Shown piece after piece: positions 43,625 to 56,124 of a DNA stretch of 64,000 nt (positions are counted from its first letter, which is position 1; every line of letters starts with the position of its first letter). A model generated the notes under the pieces. It was not told the DNA's origin. It saw nothing but the letters and a program-made list of their open reading frames with translations, and searched no databases. The position numbers were made by a program, and so were the translations under genes. This stretch comes from Octopus sinensis. Taxonomy: Eukaryota. The stretch covers positions 33,542,001 through 33,606,000 of the forward strand of contig NC_042999.1 in assembly GCF_006345805.1 (NCBI RefSeq). The letters are read 5' to 3'.

Positions 43625-45090
43625 AACATTGAGACGTAAAACTCTTATCCCTGGTAGACAGATGAATGCCAAAAGAGCTAGTATTGCTCGAGAATCCCAT
43701 CTTCCATTACTTAAATTGGGTATTTTTGGAAACTTTACAGTAGGAAATTTATCTGGTCAAATGAAATAGAAATTTCATGTCATCTTGCCATCCTGCTGAT
43801 TCAGGAGTCTTTTCTTCACCATTGCTGAAATTAGCCTGTAGTTTCTCGGAATCACTTAGAAGCTTTGGAATGAATGTATATTCAATATTGGGAGATAACA
43901 TTTTTTCTCGAAGATCGTTATCCATTACAACACGAAGAACTCTATCAGGGATATGATGCTGACAACTAATAAATTGCAATTCTTTCAAACACTTTTGAGA
44001 AAACTGTCTTTGCGACAGAATAACAATGTCATATCTTTTCCCAGTGTTCATACTCGTTGTATTAAAAATAATCATCTTTACACAGTCCTATAAATTATAT
44101 TCATCTAAAACTGCTATAATTCCTTTCACAACAGTATCTGCCTCTTGGTTTGGTGATTGGAGTGCTTCTAACATAACTTCTCCCTGTTCATTCTTTAAAA
44201 CTAGAAGTTGTTATTCTTGGTCGTCAATACATTTACCATCAAAATGCAATGACCAGTTGTTTAAATGTCATGTTCTCTTAATTTTCTTTTTAGTTTAAAA
44301 GCTTCTTTGATAGTCCATCTGTATCTACGTTGATTCCACCTTCAGATAATTGTTGACAAACTATTGCTGCTTTCTAGGTTGATGGCTTGGATGATATTTC
44401 TAACTTGGAAGCAGTTTCACTTTTACTCTATTTCCTCCTTATTTGTGAGGATTCTTCATCGTATTTTTCGGACTCTTCACATTCACTTTTAGTCTCTGCT
44501 TCAGACGTTGACGATGACACTGGAGTTGCTCTGTTTAAAGTTGGCATTAAGGACTTTTTTCTCCCTTTTGATGGATGGATAGTTTTGGGATTGGCTGCCT
44601 TTTCAGTTGCATACGCAACCTGTCTCTTGCTTTGCTTTCAATTTGAAGATAATATAACCTTCTACCCAAACTGAACAGTCATTCACCGTTTTCCTTTGTG
44701 ATGCCAAACATTCCTTTCAATGAATCGTATTTTCCCCGTTTCACACATGTATCGTAGATATTCAGCAACTTCTCTGATTTTTTTTTGGTTCAAGTTGAAT
44801 TGATAAATACGGGAAATTTAATTTCTCATGCCATAAAAAAGCAAGTTACTTTCGAACTTTCATTTATTCTTTCTTTCCTTCCTTTGATGGTACCGCCAGG
44901 GAACAGGTAGCGCACGACAGCTTGAATCGTCATTGGTATCCTGCAGTTGTTTTCCAAAGTATGCTCCTCTAGAGGAACAGGTCTTTTTTTCCCTATGTGA
45001 ATCTTGAAATTGCACGAGATTCTTCGTCCAAATTTTGTTTGTTTGTTTGTTTTTTGAGTGACACAAAATCTTCTCTTATGAGACATTATT
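43625..45090 (-). mobile_element. Decayed DDE transposase, hAT-like
   Basis: MSHKRRFCV start; WSLHFDGK (first D), NTTSMNTG (second D site), CQHHIPDR (CxxH-type), [12 protein letters not shown] (RW motif); several stops; C-terminus cut by microsatellite. Confidence 0.7.
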
Positions 45091-46812
45091 TTAGATACTC
45101 AAGTTGGATAAGCCTACTATTCTGAAAACAGTTAATATAGTAAGAGCTTTTAGCGTCACAGAAATAAAATGGAGAGGAAAGGGTTATTTCCTAAACTAGT
45201 AATATTTCGGCTGCGAAATAAACTATGTTCTTGGCACAACATCTCCTTTTTACTACTATAATAACCTCGAAAACAATTTTGACTTCATTTACGGGCAACA
45301 TTTCGATTTGCTTCTGTTTCACTTTCGACCGATGTCCACACATGCGTAGAATTCTACTTAAATGCCACACATAAAAAACATGAATCTACCACAAAGTATG
45401 ACATACTACAAACAACACCAACACGACATTATTTCTGAGGAAACTTCCATCCTTTCAAAATAGCTGACACATTCCGAGTTTTACCTTTTTGAAAACGGGG
45501 AGGTGATAAGTGGTGGGGGTTAGGAAAGGACAATTGAATATTTATTTCAGAATTTGTTTTTTTAAATTTAATTTTCTTAAACATTCGTAATCTCTGTATT
45601 TCTCTACGTGGATTACAAAAGAAAAAAAAATCCGGAAATGTTGAAAATTAAATAAATGGGGTGGGGAGGGGAAAAATTTACAATTTCGAACACATGATTT
45701 TCCGGCAAAATTGTAATCTCCAATATAGAAAACACAAGAATCTCAACAAATTTTGGAAAAAAGAAAGTGGCGAGGATCACCGCCGACATTCTAGAAACTA
45801 CTGGTACACGACACGATTTCTGAAACAAAATTTCTCTGAAGTTTATATGGAATATCAGGTTTTCCAATACGCCTATCAGAAACACGAATTACAAAATAAA
45901 ACTGTCATTTCCATTGGATTTGATCTGTAAATTCACATATGCACACAACAACAAATAATATAATTTGTACTGGAGTTTCATCTATAGTGAATCTTTATAC
46001 GCGCACACGCACAAAACAAGCTATTTTTACATACATTTTTGGATGGTAAATAATTTTGAATAAGTTTGCCCTTTCTTTGGCAGGCAATGTCTCCCACTTC
46101 ACTTCTCTACTTCCGCTGACTGAGTAGCTTTATCTCTTCTTCCTTTCAATTTCTCATTATAACGTATGGATACACTATGTTGTCAACAACATGTTACAAC
46201 TTCACTAATTTCATCGACGTATGACTAAACCTGGATTTCATTTTTACAAACATTGCTATCAATTGTATAGCAAATATGGTCTGTAAAGCTGATTTATTTT
46301 AAGACAATGTCTCTGTGTACATATCAGTACGTGTTCCTTGGGTGCATCCACCCTACAAATACGTGCACACTCTACATAACGGCTCCACAATCGGGGATAA
46401 CATTCTCTATTTGGTAATCCTCGGAGAAAACAATAGAGAGTAGGAATCTTTATGAATTTTCCTCTTTCATTTTTCTTCTTGAAGAAACACTAAAGTCTCC
46501 TTCCATCCATCACCTCAGCCCTTCCCAAAAGCTACAAACTCCCAATGTTTCTCTTCTAGCATTTCAGAAAGCTAGGACGTTTCTTCAGAAAGAACATCCT
46601 TTAACTGTTGGTTCTAGCACGTCACGTTCTCTGGTGATCAGCTGATATTTCTTACGTTTGATATTTCAGTACAATTCTGCGAATGCATGAAACATCAAAC
46701 GACATTGAAAACTTGAAAGTTTGTAACACATTGTGCCCGTACGAATGGAACAAATAATACAATGTGGCCATAGCTTATAACATCTGAGCAATGCAAGGGT
46801 GCATTGCTAATG

Positions 46813-46847
<35 letters not shown>

Positions 46848-46918
46848 ATGAATGTATGTATGTACGTATGTATTTATATGTATATATATATATATATATA
46901 TATGTATATTTATATATA

Positions 46919-46959
<41 letters not shown>

Positions 46960-47100
46960 GTGTGTGTGTGTACGTTTGTGAACCAGGCGACAATAACTAC
47001 ACAAGAAATGAGAAAATATTTTATATTGGCTCGAATCAGAATTGGGTTAAATTAAGAATTGCGAGTCATGAATCTACATTAAGAGACCAAAATGAAAGGA

Positions 47101-47548
47101 AAAGTGCAGGAAATAAATAAAGTTAATTAAATAAAGTTAACTACACAATTGAATGTAAGATAGTAGCACATGCATTGAGTTATACAATTGATAAGTTCTG
47201 CAGATTATTATTTTAAATATGAAAATCTTTATTCATCGTAAACATCATAAACAACAGAAAGTAATTCATCACCATCGATGTTGATGTTGTTATAACGAAA
47301 TTTAGGTTGACTATGTTATCAAAAGTGCAGGAAATAAATAAAGTTAATTAAATAAAGTTAACTACACAATTGAATGGAAGATAGTAGCACATGCAGTGAG
47401 TTATAAAATTGATAAGTTCTGCAGATTATTTTTATTTTTTTTAAATATGAAAATCTTTATTCATCGTAAACATCATAAACAACAGAATGTACTTCATCAC
47501 CATCAATGCTGATGTTGTTATAACGAAATTTAGGTTGACAATGTTATC
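47101..47548 (+). repeat. Tandem duplication, ~220-bp unit x2
   Basis: AAAAGTGCAGGAAATAAATAAAG starts at 47101 and 47321; scattered substitutions and one small indel. Confidence 0.95.
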
Positions 47549-47863
47549 AGATACATATATATATGTTGAGATGTTCTGATAAGTCTCCTTGATTCACTTA
47601 GTTTCTTGCAGGTGGAATATATGATATATTGACGAGAAATATACGATGATATTTATATAATCTGACGATTATACCTTTACGAAAATTACAAAATAATGAA
47701 AAGCAAAAGAAACATTATTAACTTGAGACAAGATAATGTTTTTTTTCCCTTGTAACCATATAAATAAGAATCTATTTATTAAATTTAAATAATGTAAAGA
47801 ACTTAAATGATGTATTACCGATATTACAACGATAGGTAGTAGTAGGTATTATAATAGATTATC

Positions 47864-47937
<74 letters not shown>

Positions 47938-47962
47938 TATATATATTATATATATATATATA

Positions 47963-48001
<39 letters not shown>

Positions 48002-48002
48002 C

Positions 48003-48033
<31 letters not shown>

Positions 48034-48076
48034 GATACATATACATATATATATATATATATATAGATATATATAT

Positions 48077-48113
<37 letters not shown>

Positions 48114-48781
48114 GCCAGTTTAGACGATAAAACACACGCACTATATATTTGGTGTTAATTTGCCTCAGCTTTATTTTATTTTTTGCATTAATCGTATTTC
48201 CATCAGGGTTCTTTCGTCACACTTCTGTAACTTCCTCACTTGTCCTTTGCTTTCTCGTTTCTTATTTGTGTCTTTCCTTACTATTTTGTATTGCTAGTGT
48301 ATGTGTCTTTATTTTGTATCCCTAGTGTATGTGTCTTTATTTGCGCATGCGTGTCCACCTATGTGTGTCTATGTTTAGTAAGTGCATGTGTGGGGGGAGT
48401 GCCTGAATTATCTTTATCCCTTGTTTATACACGTTCGTTTAATTTGCTTTTATTTATTTTGTTCATGTGTTTATACCTACATATTATTTTTTAATCTTTT
48501 TGTGTATTTAATTTAATTTAATTTTCTTAACGTATATAGTTATTTAATTACATTTGTTTATCTGTGTATTGTATTATTCATATTGTTATCAGTTTATGGG
48601 GATCTTATTCTGTCATATGTTGTGGGGTGTGTGCCAGTGTTCCATTCCAGTTTCCTATTCAGGCTTGGTCTATTTTCTATTATATGTGTAGCTTCTGTAA
48701 TTTGTCTAAGCAATGCATCTGTTCTCGGTTGTCAAGCGATGTTGTGGAGCCAAACACAGACACACAAACAAATACACATTC

Positions 48782-48836
<55 letters not shown>

Positions 48837-48880
48837 CATACATACACATTTATATATATATAAACAAGTGGGGTTTAGAA

Positions 48881-48962
48881 TTCATGACAGCTTTTTCGGT
48901 AGAATTTTAGTGATGCATTTAGAGATTACATCCTAAAGCATAGTCTACCATCTTCAGACCAG
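48881..48962 (-). ncRNA. Hammerhead-like fold with long stem II, eroded stem I
   Basis: Minus: CTGAAGA-T-GGTAGA-[40-nt hairpin]-TCTACC-GAAA-AAGCTG-T-C; stem I has only 2-3 pairs. Confidence 0.45.
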
Positions 48963-49063
48963 ATAATAGCGACGTGTTATCTTTGGTGCTTGTATCACCA
49001 AAGGTTAGATTATACTATGTTAAGATATATATATATATATATTATATATATATATTATATATA

Positions 49064-49099
<36 letters not shown>

Positions 49100-49419
49100 T
49101 GTATGTATGTATGTATACACACACTCACATATATATATATATATACTTATTCTTTTATTTCAATTGTAAGTGTATATGTAATTGTAATTGTATGTATGTG
49201 GGTATGTATATGGATATGCATTCAAAGGAATCAATTATTATTATTCTTAGGGGTATTATATTATTCTTATATAGATAAAGTATAAACAGAAGAAAGTTAT
49301 CAAAAGAGAGATAATAGTGGAATTTTTAAAAAATCAATATAGCCTAATATTATTTTAGAAATGAAAAGATATATAAGGAATACATACATACATACATACA
49401 TGCATACATACATACATAT

Positions 49420-49467
<48 letters not shown>

Positions 49468-49606
49468 CTGAGATGTACTCGCAGAGCAAGTGATTTGATC
49501 TGAGATCCTGTGCTCGAACGAAAACAATTGCAGCGTGGAAGGTGTTTGTAAGCCATTTAAGAAACACACAAAAGCCGTTCGATTCACTTCAACATTTAAG
49601 TTTAAT

Positions 49607-49654
49607 TTGTCAAAATATTTTCGTCGCTAAAATCCGCGACCTGTTCACTGACAA
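49607..49654 (-). ncRNA. Minimal hammerhead ribozyme candidate with compensatory G3:C8 core
   Basis: Minus: TTGTCA-GTGAACA-G-GTCGC-GGATTTTA-GCGAC-GAAA-ATAT-T-T-TGACAA; stem I 6 bp, stem II 5 bp, stem III palindrome AATATT. Confidence 0.6.
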
Positions 49655-50826
49655 AAATCCGTGCTGCATCTGAGAAAGTAACAGTTAGTTCGTCATATAT
49701 ATGTACATATATATGTGTGTATGTATGTATACATGCATGTATGAATGTATGTATGTATCTATGTATGTACGTACATACGCCTATGTATGTATGTATGTAT
49801 GTATGTGTGTGTATATGCACGCACATACACACTATAAACTTAAAGCTATAAACCTGTAGTGATGGATAGATATAGACTGACCACTCATCACAATAATATC
49901 AAATTTCAACCTCCCCCGCCGAAATTAGGAAGTGACTTACGACCCTCACCCCCAAAGCAAAATCCTAAAACCTATTATCAGACATTTATCTCTATATCAC
50001 AGAACTTTTTTTTTACTATTACTTGTTTTTTTTTCTTCCCCTCCCTACATCTAGTTAGTTCTGGTCAAATATATATACGTACGTATGTATGTATGTATGT
50101 ATGTATGTATGTATGTATGTATGTATGTATGTATGTATGTATGTATGTATGTGTGTATGCACTTACGTACGCATGTGCGTATGTATGTATATGCGCACGT
50201 ATGCATGTACCCATGTATGTGTGCGTGCATGTACGTGCGTATGTACGTATGTATGCCCATACATAGGTATGTATGTATGTTTGTACTCATGTGCTACGTA
50301 TGTATGTGAGTGTCTAAGTATACACAAACATATATATATTGATGTGATATATTTTCTATTGATGGCTTTAGACAAAGGTCCACTATAAGTGGGTTAGAGT
50401 TTATATTAATACCTGTGATATTAGTTGGTACTAAAAGTATAAATTTTGTAGTATTAATAAAGACACTTTATTATATTCCGTTATTTTTTTGTTTATTGAC
50501 TTGCTGAAATCCTGCGGGAAGTGGGGAGGAGAGTTATGGTCGGTTCCGTAATCTAATTTGTCGTCTATTGTTTTAAAATACATACATACTAGATGAAACC
50601 ATAGCGACTGAAGAAGGGTTTTTTTCTTTGTCTTAATTATCCTGTACTCCAATTTTTGTTGTTTTAAAAAAAATGTCCAGTTCCTTTGTCTTGTGTCTAT
50701 GTTTTCGTTTCTCTTTTTGTTCGACGTCCCTTTGGTGTCCTGTACTCATATATGCGTGTATATGTACATGTAGAGGTAGGTACGTACATATATGTTTATA
50801 TATATTCATATGTTTTATTTCATTTA

Positions 50827-50882
<56 letters not shown>

Positions 50883-51309
50883 ATACTATTATCCACATCA
50901 CACACTGTCATCCAAGCATCCACACACCATCATGCGCGCTCCCACACCCTCACAATCATATAATATATAAACACAGACAATATATACATACGCATAAAGA
51001 CATTTAACTTTTGCCCACAAAGATGCACTATGCACTTGCACTCTATTTGATCACATACCTACCAGGACATAGAATGCATATCACTCCATATAATGTACAC
51101 ACTGTATTACTTATACACATACACACACACATGTCCGCATAATCTTCGGTTTACCCATACATACGTCCTCACACACTCGCTCCCATTGATAAATGCACAC
51201 TTACTCACACACACACATGCTCTTGCGTAACTTAGTTCATTGGAGTCACTGTTATTATTTATTACTATTATTATTATTATTACCATTATTTTTTTTTCTT
51301 CTTCTTTCA

Positions 51310-51930
51310 AATTTGCTTCCAATTCTTGCCGAGCGTCTTCCCGACTCCTAGGGCAAAGAAACTCATAGTATACATTGGTAGGCCATTAAACCAAACTCAA
51401 TAGTTCGTTCATTTTTTTTTTTAAAGTTATATTAAGATACATGAGCAGCAACAGTTCTCACATCGACAATGCTCTTCTCAATACGTGTGATGTACCAGTT
51501 AAGACAATCTTTTGCACTTCTTGCAGGGATGGTAAGCCAGGGATCATTCTCATATAATTTTCGGTTCCCTTCTTGATCATTCCTAGTGCTCCTACGATCA
51601 CTGGTATTGTAACCGCCTTGAGATGCCACATTTTCTCAATTTCAATGAGTAGGTCTTTATATTTTCTGAGCTTGTCAAACTCTTTCGCTGAGATATTATG
51701 ATCACAGGGGATGCTCATGTCGATCAATAAGCAAACTTTATTGTTTTTGTCTTTCACAACAATATCTGGTTTATTGGCCTTGATGGTTCGGTCTGTATGT
51801 ACTGGAAAGTCCCACAGAATGGTTACATTTTCTCCTTCAGTTACAGCCTCAGGTTGGTGATTATACCACTTGTCGGCAGTTTTTATATTCTAATGCCGAC
51901 TTATTAGCCAGTGTAGATAGTGGCCAACTT
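51310..51930 (-). mobile_element. R4/Dong-like LINE 3' end (RLE domain + 3' UTR) in (TAA)n
   Basis: ILWDFPVHTDRTIKANKPDIVV, LLIDMSIP, KLRKYKDL, VIVGALG; (TAA)n flanks. Confidence 0.9.
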
Positions 51931-51931
51931 A

Positions 51932-52007
<76 letters not shown>

Positions 52008-52025
52008 AATTATTATTAATATTAT

Positions 52026-52583
52026 TGAGTGAGAGAGCAGTGCATGCCATCAAAATGACACTGGGGTAAAATATACGAAGTCTAGTATACCCATCATAAT
52101 AACCCGTCTGATAAGGGTACGCCACGCACATGCATCATAACCATATGTGCGCGACATGGTGATCTCATATCAAGATAAACACCACATGACCTTGCAGGTG
52201 GGGCCTAGTTAGAATCTTCTTCAGGTCGTCTAGCCCATCTTGCTCAAAAGGTCCCTGAATAAGGATTGTTTAAGTATGTTGAACGAACAATACATGTTTC
52301 CAAAGGTGAATTATCCAAACCTCCAATAATTCCTTTCAGCACACGGCTACTATGATGCGCCCCCACAACTTCTGCTCATGATCAGAGATGCACATATCGT
52401 CAGCCATAAGGGGACGTGTTCAACTGGTTAAGGTCGAACAACTGACAAGAAAATCTGTGGTATTGAGCACTTTATTTGCTGTAACCCATCTTTTATGCCA
52501 AGACAAAACAATGTACATGATGACACTTCCAATCATTTAAGATCCGAAGCCATGAGAGCCCCTGTCTGGTACTGCATCAGGGC

Positions 52584-52587
<4 letters not shown>
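52026..52587 (-). mobile_element. ~560-bp non-coding interspersed element flanked by (TAA)n
   Basis: Higher-GC island with sharp borders against (TAA)n on both sides, no ORF; orientation and mobile nature are inferred. Confidence 0.5.
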
Positions 52588-52651
<64 letters not shown>

Positions 52652-52756
52652 TATTATATTATTATTATTATTATATTATTATTATCATTATTATTATTAT
52701 CATTATTATTACTATTATTATTATTAATATTATTATTATTAGTAGTATTATTATTA

Positions 52757-52829
<73 letters not shown>

Positions 52830-52844
52830 CATTATTATTTATTA

Positions 52845-52890
<46 letters not shown>

Positions 52891-52982
52891 CATTATTATT
52901 ATTATCATTATTATTATTATTATTGTCATTATTATTATTATCATTATTATTATTATTATTATTATCATTATTATTATTATCA

Positions 52983-53023
<41 letters not shown>

Positions 53024-53078
53024 CATTATTTATTATTATTATTATTATTATCTTATTATTATTATCAATATTATTATA

Positions 53079-53137
<59 letters not shown>

Positions 53138-53140
53138 CAT
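52588..53140. repeat. Long imperfect (TTA)n microsatellite (~550 bp)
   Basis: Direct inspection. Confidence 0.95.
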
Positions 53141-53514
53141 TATCTCCCTTTCATTCAGCCTCTTTTTTTCAATCATCTCGTTATGTTGGACCTTTGAACT
53201 GTGCATACTTTTCTTCTCTTCTTTTTTTCCCCTCTTAATTCTCGCAACCTAAAAGATTTTCGCATTCTTCGTCAGCGTCATACTTAAACACCTGCTTGCT
53301 GCTCCTACACATGTGTTCGTCTTTTGTTTTCTGTAAATTTGCATTACATATATGTGTATGTGTATGTGTGCGTGTTTGTGTCTGTGTGTGAGTGATTGCG
53401 TATGCATATGTATATATATTTACACATATCACTCTACTATATTCTATAATTTCTGTCTACTTAGCTAGCTATGTATCCATATTTATATGTGTATAGAGTG
53501 CGGATGTATATATG

Positions 53515-53572
<58 letters not shown>

Positions 53573-53593
53573 CTATATATCTATTATCTATCT

Positions 53594-53661
<68 letters not shown>

Positions 53662-53879
53662 TCAATATAGGGTGGCAAAAGATTTTGTAGAATTTTTTTG
53701 CCACCAGCGGCCTAGTGGGAAAAAATTAAACAGTCATAGACCATTTTTAAGTTCAACATCACAATCAAGGAACGGCCATAATAGGCCATTCACCCACTAG
53801 AAATAACAGCCAAAGCTTCAACCGCAAAATAACATTAATTCCGTAAACCAGGAGAAAATTAAAAAACATTTACCCTGTA

Positions 53880-53986
53880 ATTTCTTATACGATGCACCGT
53901 TTCATCTACTGTTTAATGGTAAACTAACCTGATCAAATTAAATCAAGCCAATCTTCCATAGGCCCTTAGAATCGTCAGTAAGAAAT
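53880..53986 (-). ncRNA. Type I hammerhead ribozyme, array copy 1
   Basis: Reverse complement of the fold at 55014-55120. Confidence 0.8.
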
Positions 53987-54366
53987 AGCCAGATCGGAAC
54001 AGATATTTTCACGAGGCATTTCTGTCCCTGCCTCGGCAATATCTGACCTAAAATTTTCAAATCATCGCACTCGCGCCAACTTTATCGGCAGCAAATAAAT
54101 ATAAGCCGCCGATTCCATTACGGAATTAACCAGAAAATTCATAATTAATCAATATAGGGTGGCAAAAAATTTTGTAGAATTTTTTTGCCACCAGCGGCCT
54201 AGTGGGAAAAAATTAAATAGTCATAGACCATTTTTAAGTTCAACATCACAATCAAGGAACGGCCATAATAGGCCATTCACCCACTAGAAATAACAGCCAA
54301 AGCTTCAACCGCAAAATAACATTAAATCCGTAAACCAGGAGAAAATTAAAAAACATTTACCCAGTA

Positions 54367-54473
54367 ATTTCTTATACGATGCACCGTTTCATCTACTGTT
54401 TAATGGTAAACTAACCTGATTAAATTAAATCAAGCCAATCTTCCATAGGCCCTTAGAATCGTCAGTAAGAAAT
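54367..54473 (-). ncRNA. Type I hammerhead ribozyme, array copy 2
   Basis: Reverse complement of the fold at 55014-55120; 487 bp from copy 1. Confidence 0.8.
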
Positions 54474-55013
54474 AGCCAGATCGGAACAGATATTTTCACG
54501 AGGCATTTCTGTCCCTGCCTCGGCAATATCTGACCTAAAATTTTCAAATCATCGCACTCGCGCCAACTTTATCGGCAGCAAATAAATATAAGCCGCCGAT
54601 TCCATTACGGAATTAACCAGAAAATTCATAATTAATCAATATAGGGTGGCAAAAAATTTTGTAGAATTTTTTTGCCACCAGCGGCCTAGTGGGAAAAAAT
54701 TAAATAGTCATAGACCATTTTTAAGTTCAACATCACAATCAAGGAACGGCTATAATAGGCCATTCACCCACTAGAAATAACAGCCAAAGCTTCAAACGCA
54801 AAATAACTGGTGGCAAAAAAATTCTATAAAATTTTTGCCACCCTATATTGATTAATTATGAATTTTCTGGTTAATTCCGTAATGGAATCGGCGGCTTATA
54901 TTTATTTGCTGCCGATAAATTTGGCGCGAGTGCGATGATTTGAAAATTTTAGGTCAGATATTGCCGAGGCAGGGACAGAAATGCCTCGTGAAAATATCTG
55001 TTCCGATCTGGCT

Positions 55014-55120
55014 ATTTCTTACTGACGATTCTAAGGGCCTATGGAAGATTGGCTTGATTTAATTTAATCAGGTTAGTTTACCATTAAACAGTAGATGAAA
55101 CGGTGCATCGTATAAGAAAT
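55014..55120 (+). ncRNA. Type I hammerhead ribozyme, inverted copy
   Basis: ATTTCTTA-CTGACGA-[68-nt stem II]-GAAA-CGG-TGCA-TCG-T-A-TAAGAAAT; stem I 8 bp perfect, GUA triplet, palindromic TGCA loop. Confidence 0.8.
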
Positions 55121-55237
55121 TACAGGGTAAATGTTTTTTAATTTTCTCCTGGTTTACGGAATTAATGTTATTTTGCGGTTGAAGCTTTGGCTGTTATTTC
55201 TAGTGGGTGAATGGCCTATTATGGCCGTTCCTTGATT

Positions 55238-55297
<60 letters not shown>

Positions 55298-56124
55298 CAT
55301 ACATACATGCATAAGTATGCGGAATGTGAATTTATGTTGTTTGTTAATTTTGAAATATGTCAGATTTAATTTCATGAAAATAACTGAAAGTTATTTCTAA
55401 AGGAGCATAGAAATTTCCTTTCTACAACTGAAAGGAATAATAAATGTCGTTTTTCAAGTGATGTCTACGTTCAGAATTAGTAGATGAAACGTCTCTTGCT
55501 ATATATTACCGAATCTCTTAGGTTTTTTCCTCATTTACTATCATTTATCGTATTACTTCAAATCCTGTAATGGTAGCCTTCTCCCCGTTTAGCACTTTCA
55601 TTGTATTGTCATTTATCAATTTAAATTCATTCATGTTTCTTCGTCGTACTATTTCAAATCAACCCTTCTGCCTCTGCACATCTTTTCGTTTCACCTTTAT
55701 TTCCTTATTTCTAAATCGCAATCCCTTATGTGTCCTTTCTTACCCTCTTTCTGTATTGATATTCATCCTTGAATCAATTCAAACATAAAAAAAAAATATT
55801 GTGTATTTGCTTATTGTTTGTCTCCACGATTACATTTTGATTATGACGCAATTGTTCTCGTTATAAACTACATTTTGTCTTTGATTTGTTTATCAGAGTT
55901 ATTATCTGTATACGAAACTCCCCGCTCCTTAATTATTAACCGAATTTCCACTTCTATGGTTCACAGAACCTTCTTATATTTTTTTAGATTATTCAAATTA
56001 TTCGAATGAATAATGATATTCCAGTCACCAATGAAATAGAGCCAAATCTCCACATATAACTCTCACAACGACATATTTTATACGAAAGTCCTAGTAAGAA
56101 ATGTGTAAGGCAGGAATATAAATA

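Larger units (their letters stand above)
53654..55242. mobile_element. Hammerhead-bearing 487-bp repeat array (2 full + 1 partial tandem copies, then a 436-bp inverted copy), retrozyme / Penelope pseudo-LTR-like
   Basis: Unit starts at 53654, 54141, 54628; inversion from ~54807 to 55242; (TA)n on both flanks; no ORF. Confidence 0.85.

Noticed and set aside
46551-46594. Minus-strand CTGAAGA...GAAA-TGC-TA with 6-bp stem I
   Set aside because: Stem II has one pair, stem III one pair with a non-palindromic loop, no island or repeat context; plausible by chance.
53654-55242. CRISPR-like or satellite interpretation of the array
   Set aside because: No repeat-spacer alternation, eukaryotic context; the embedded ribozyme and inversion fit a retroelement better.
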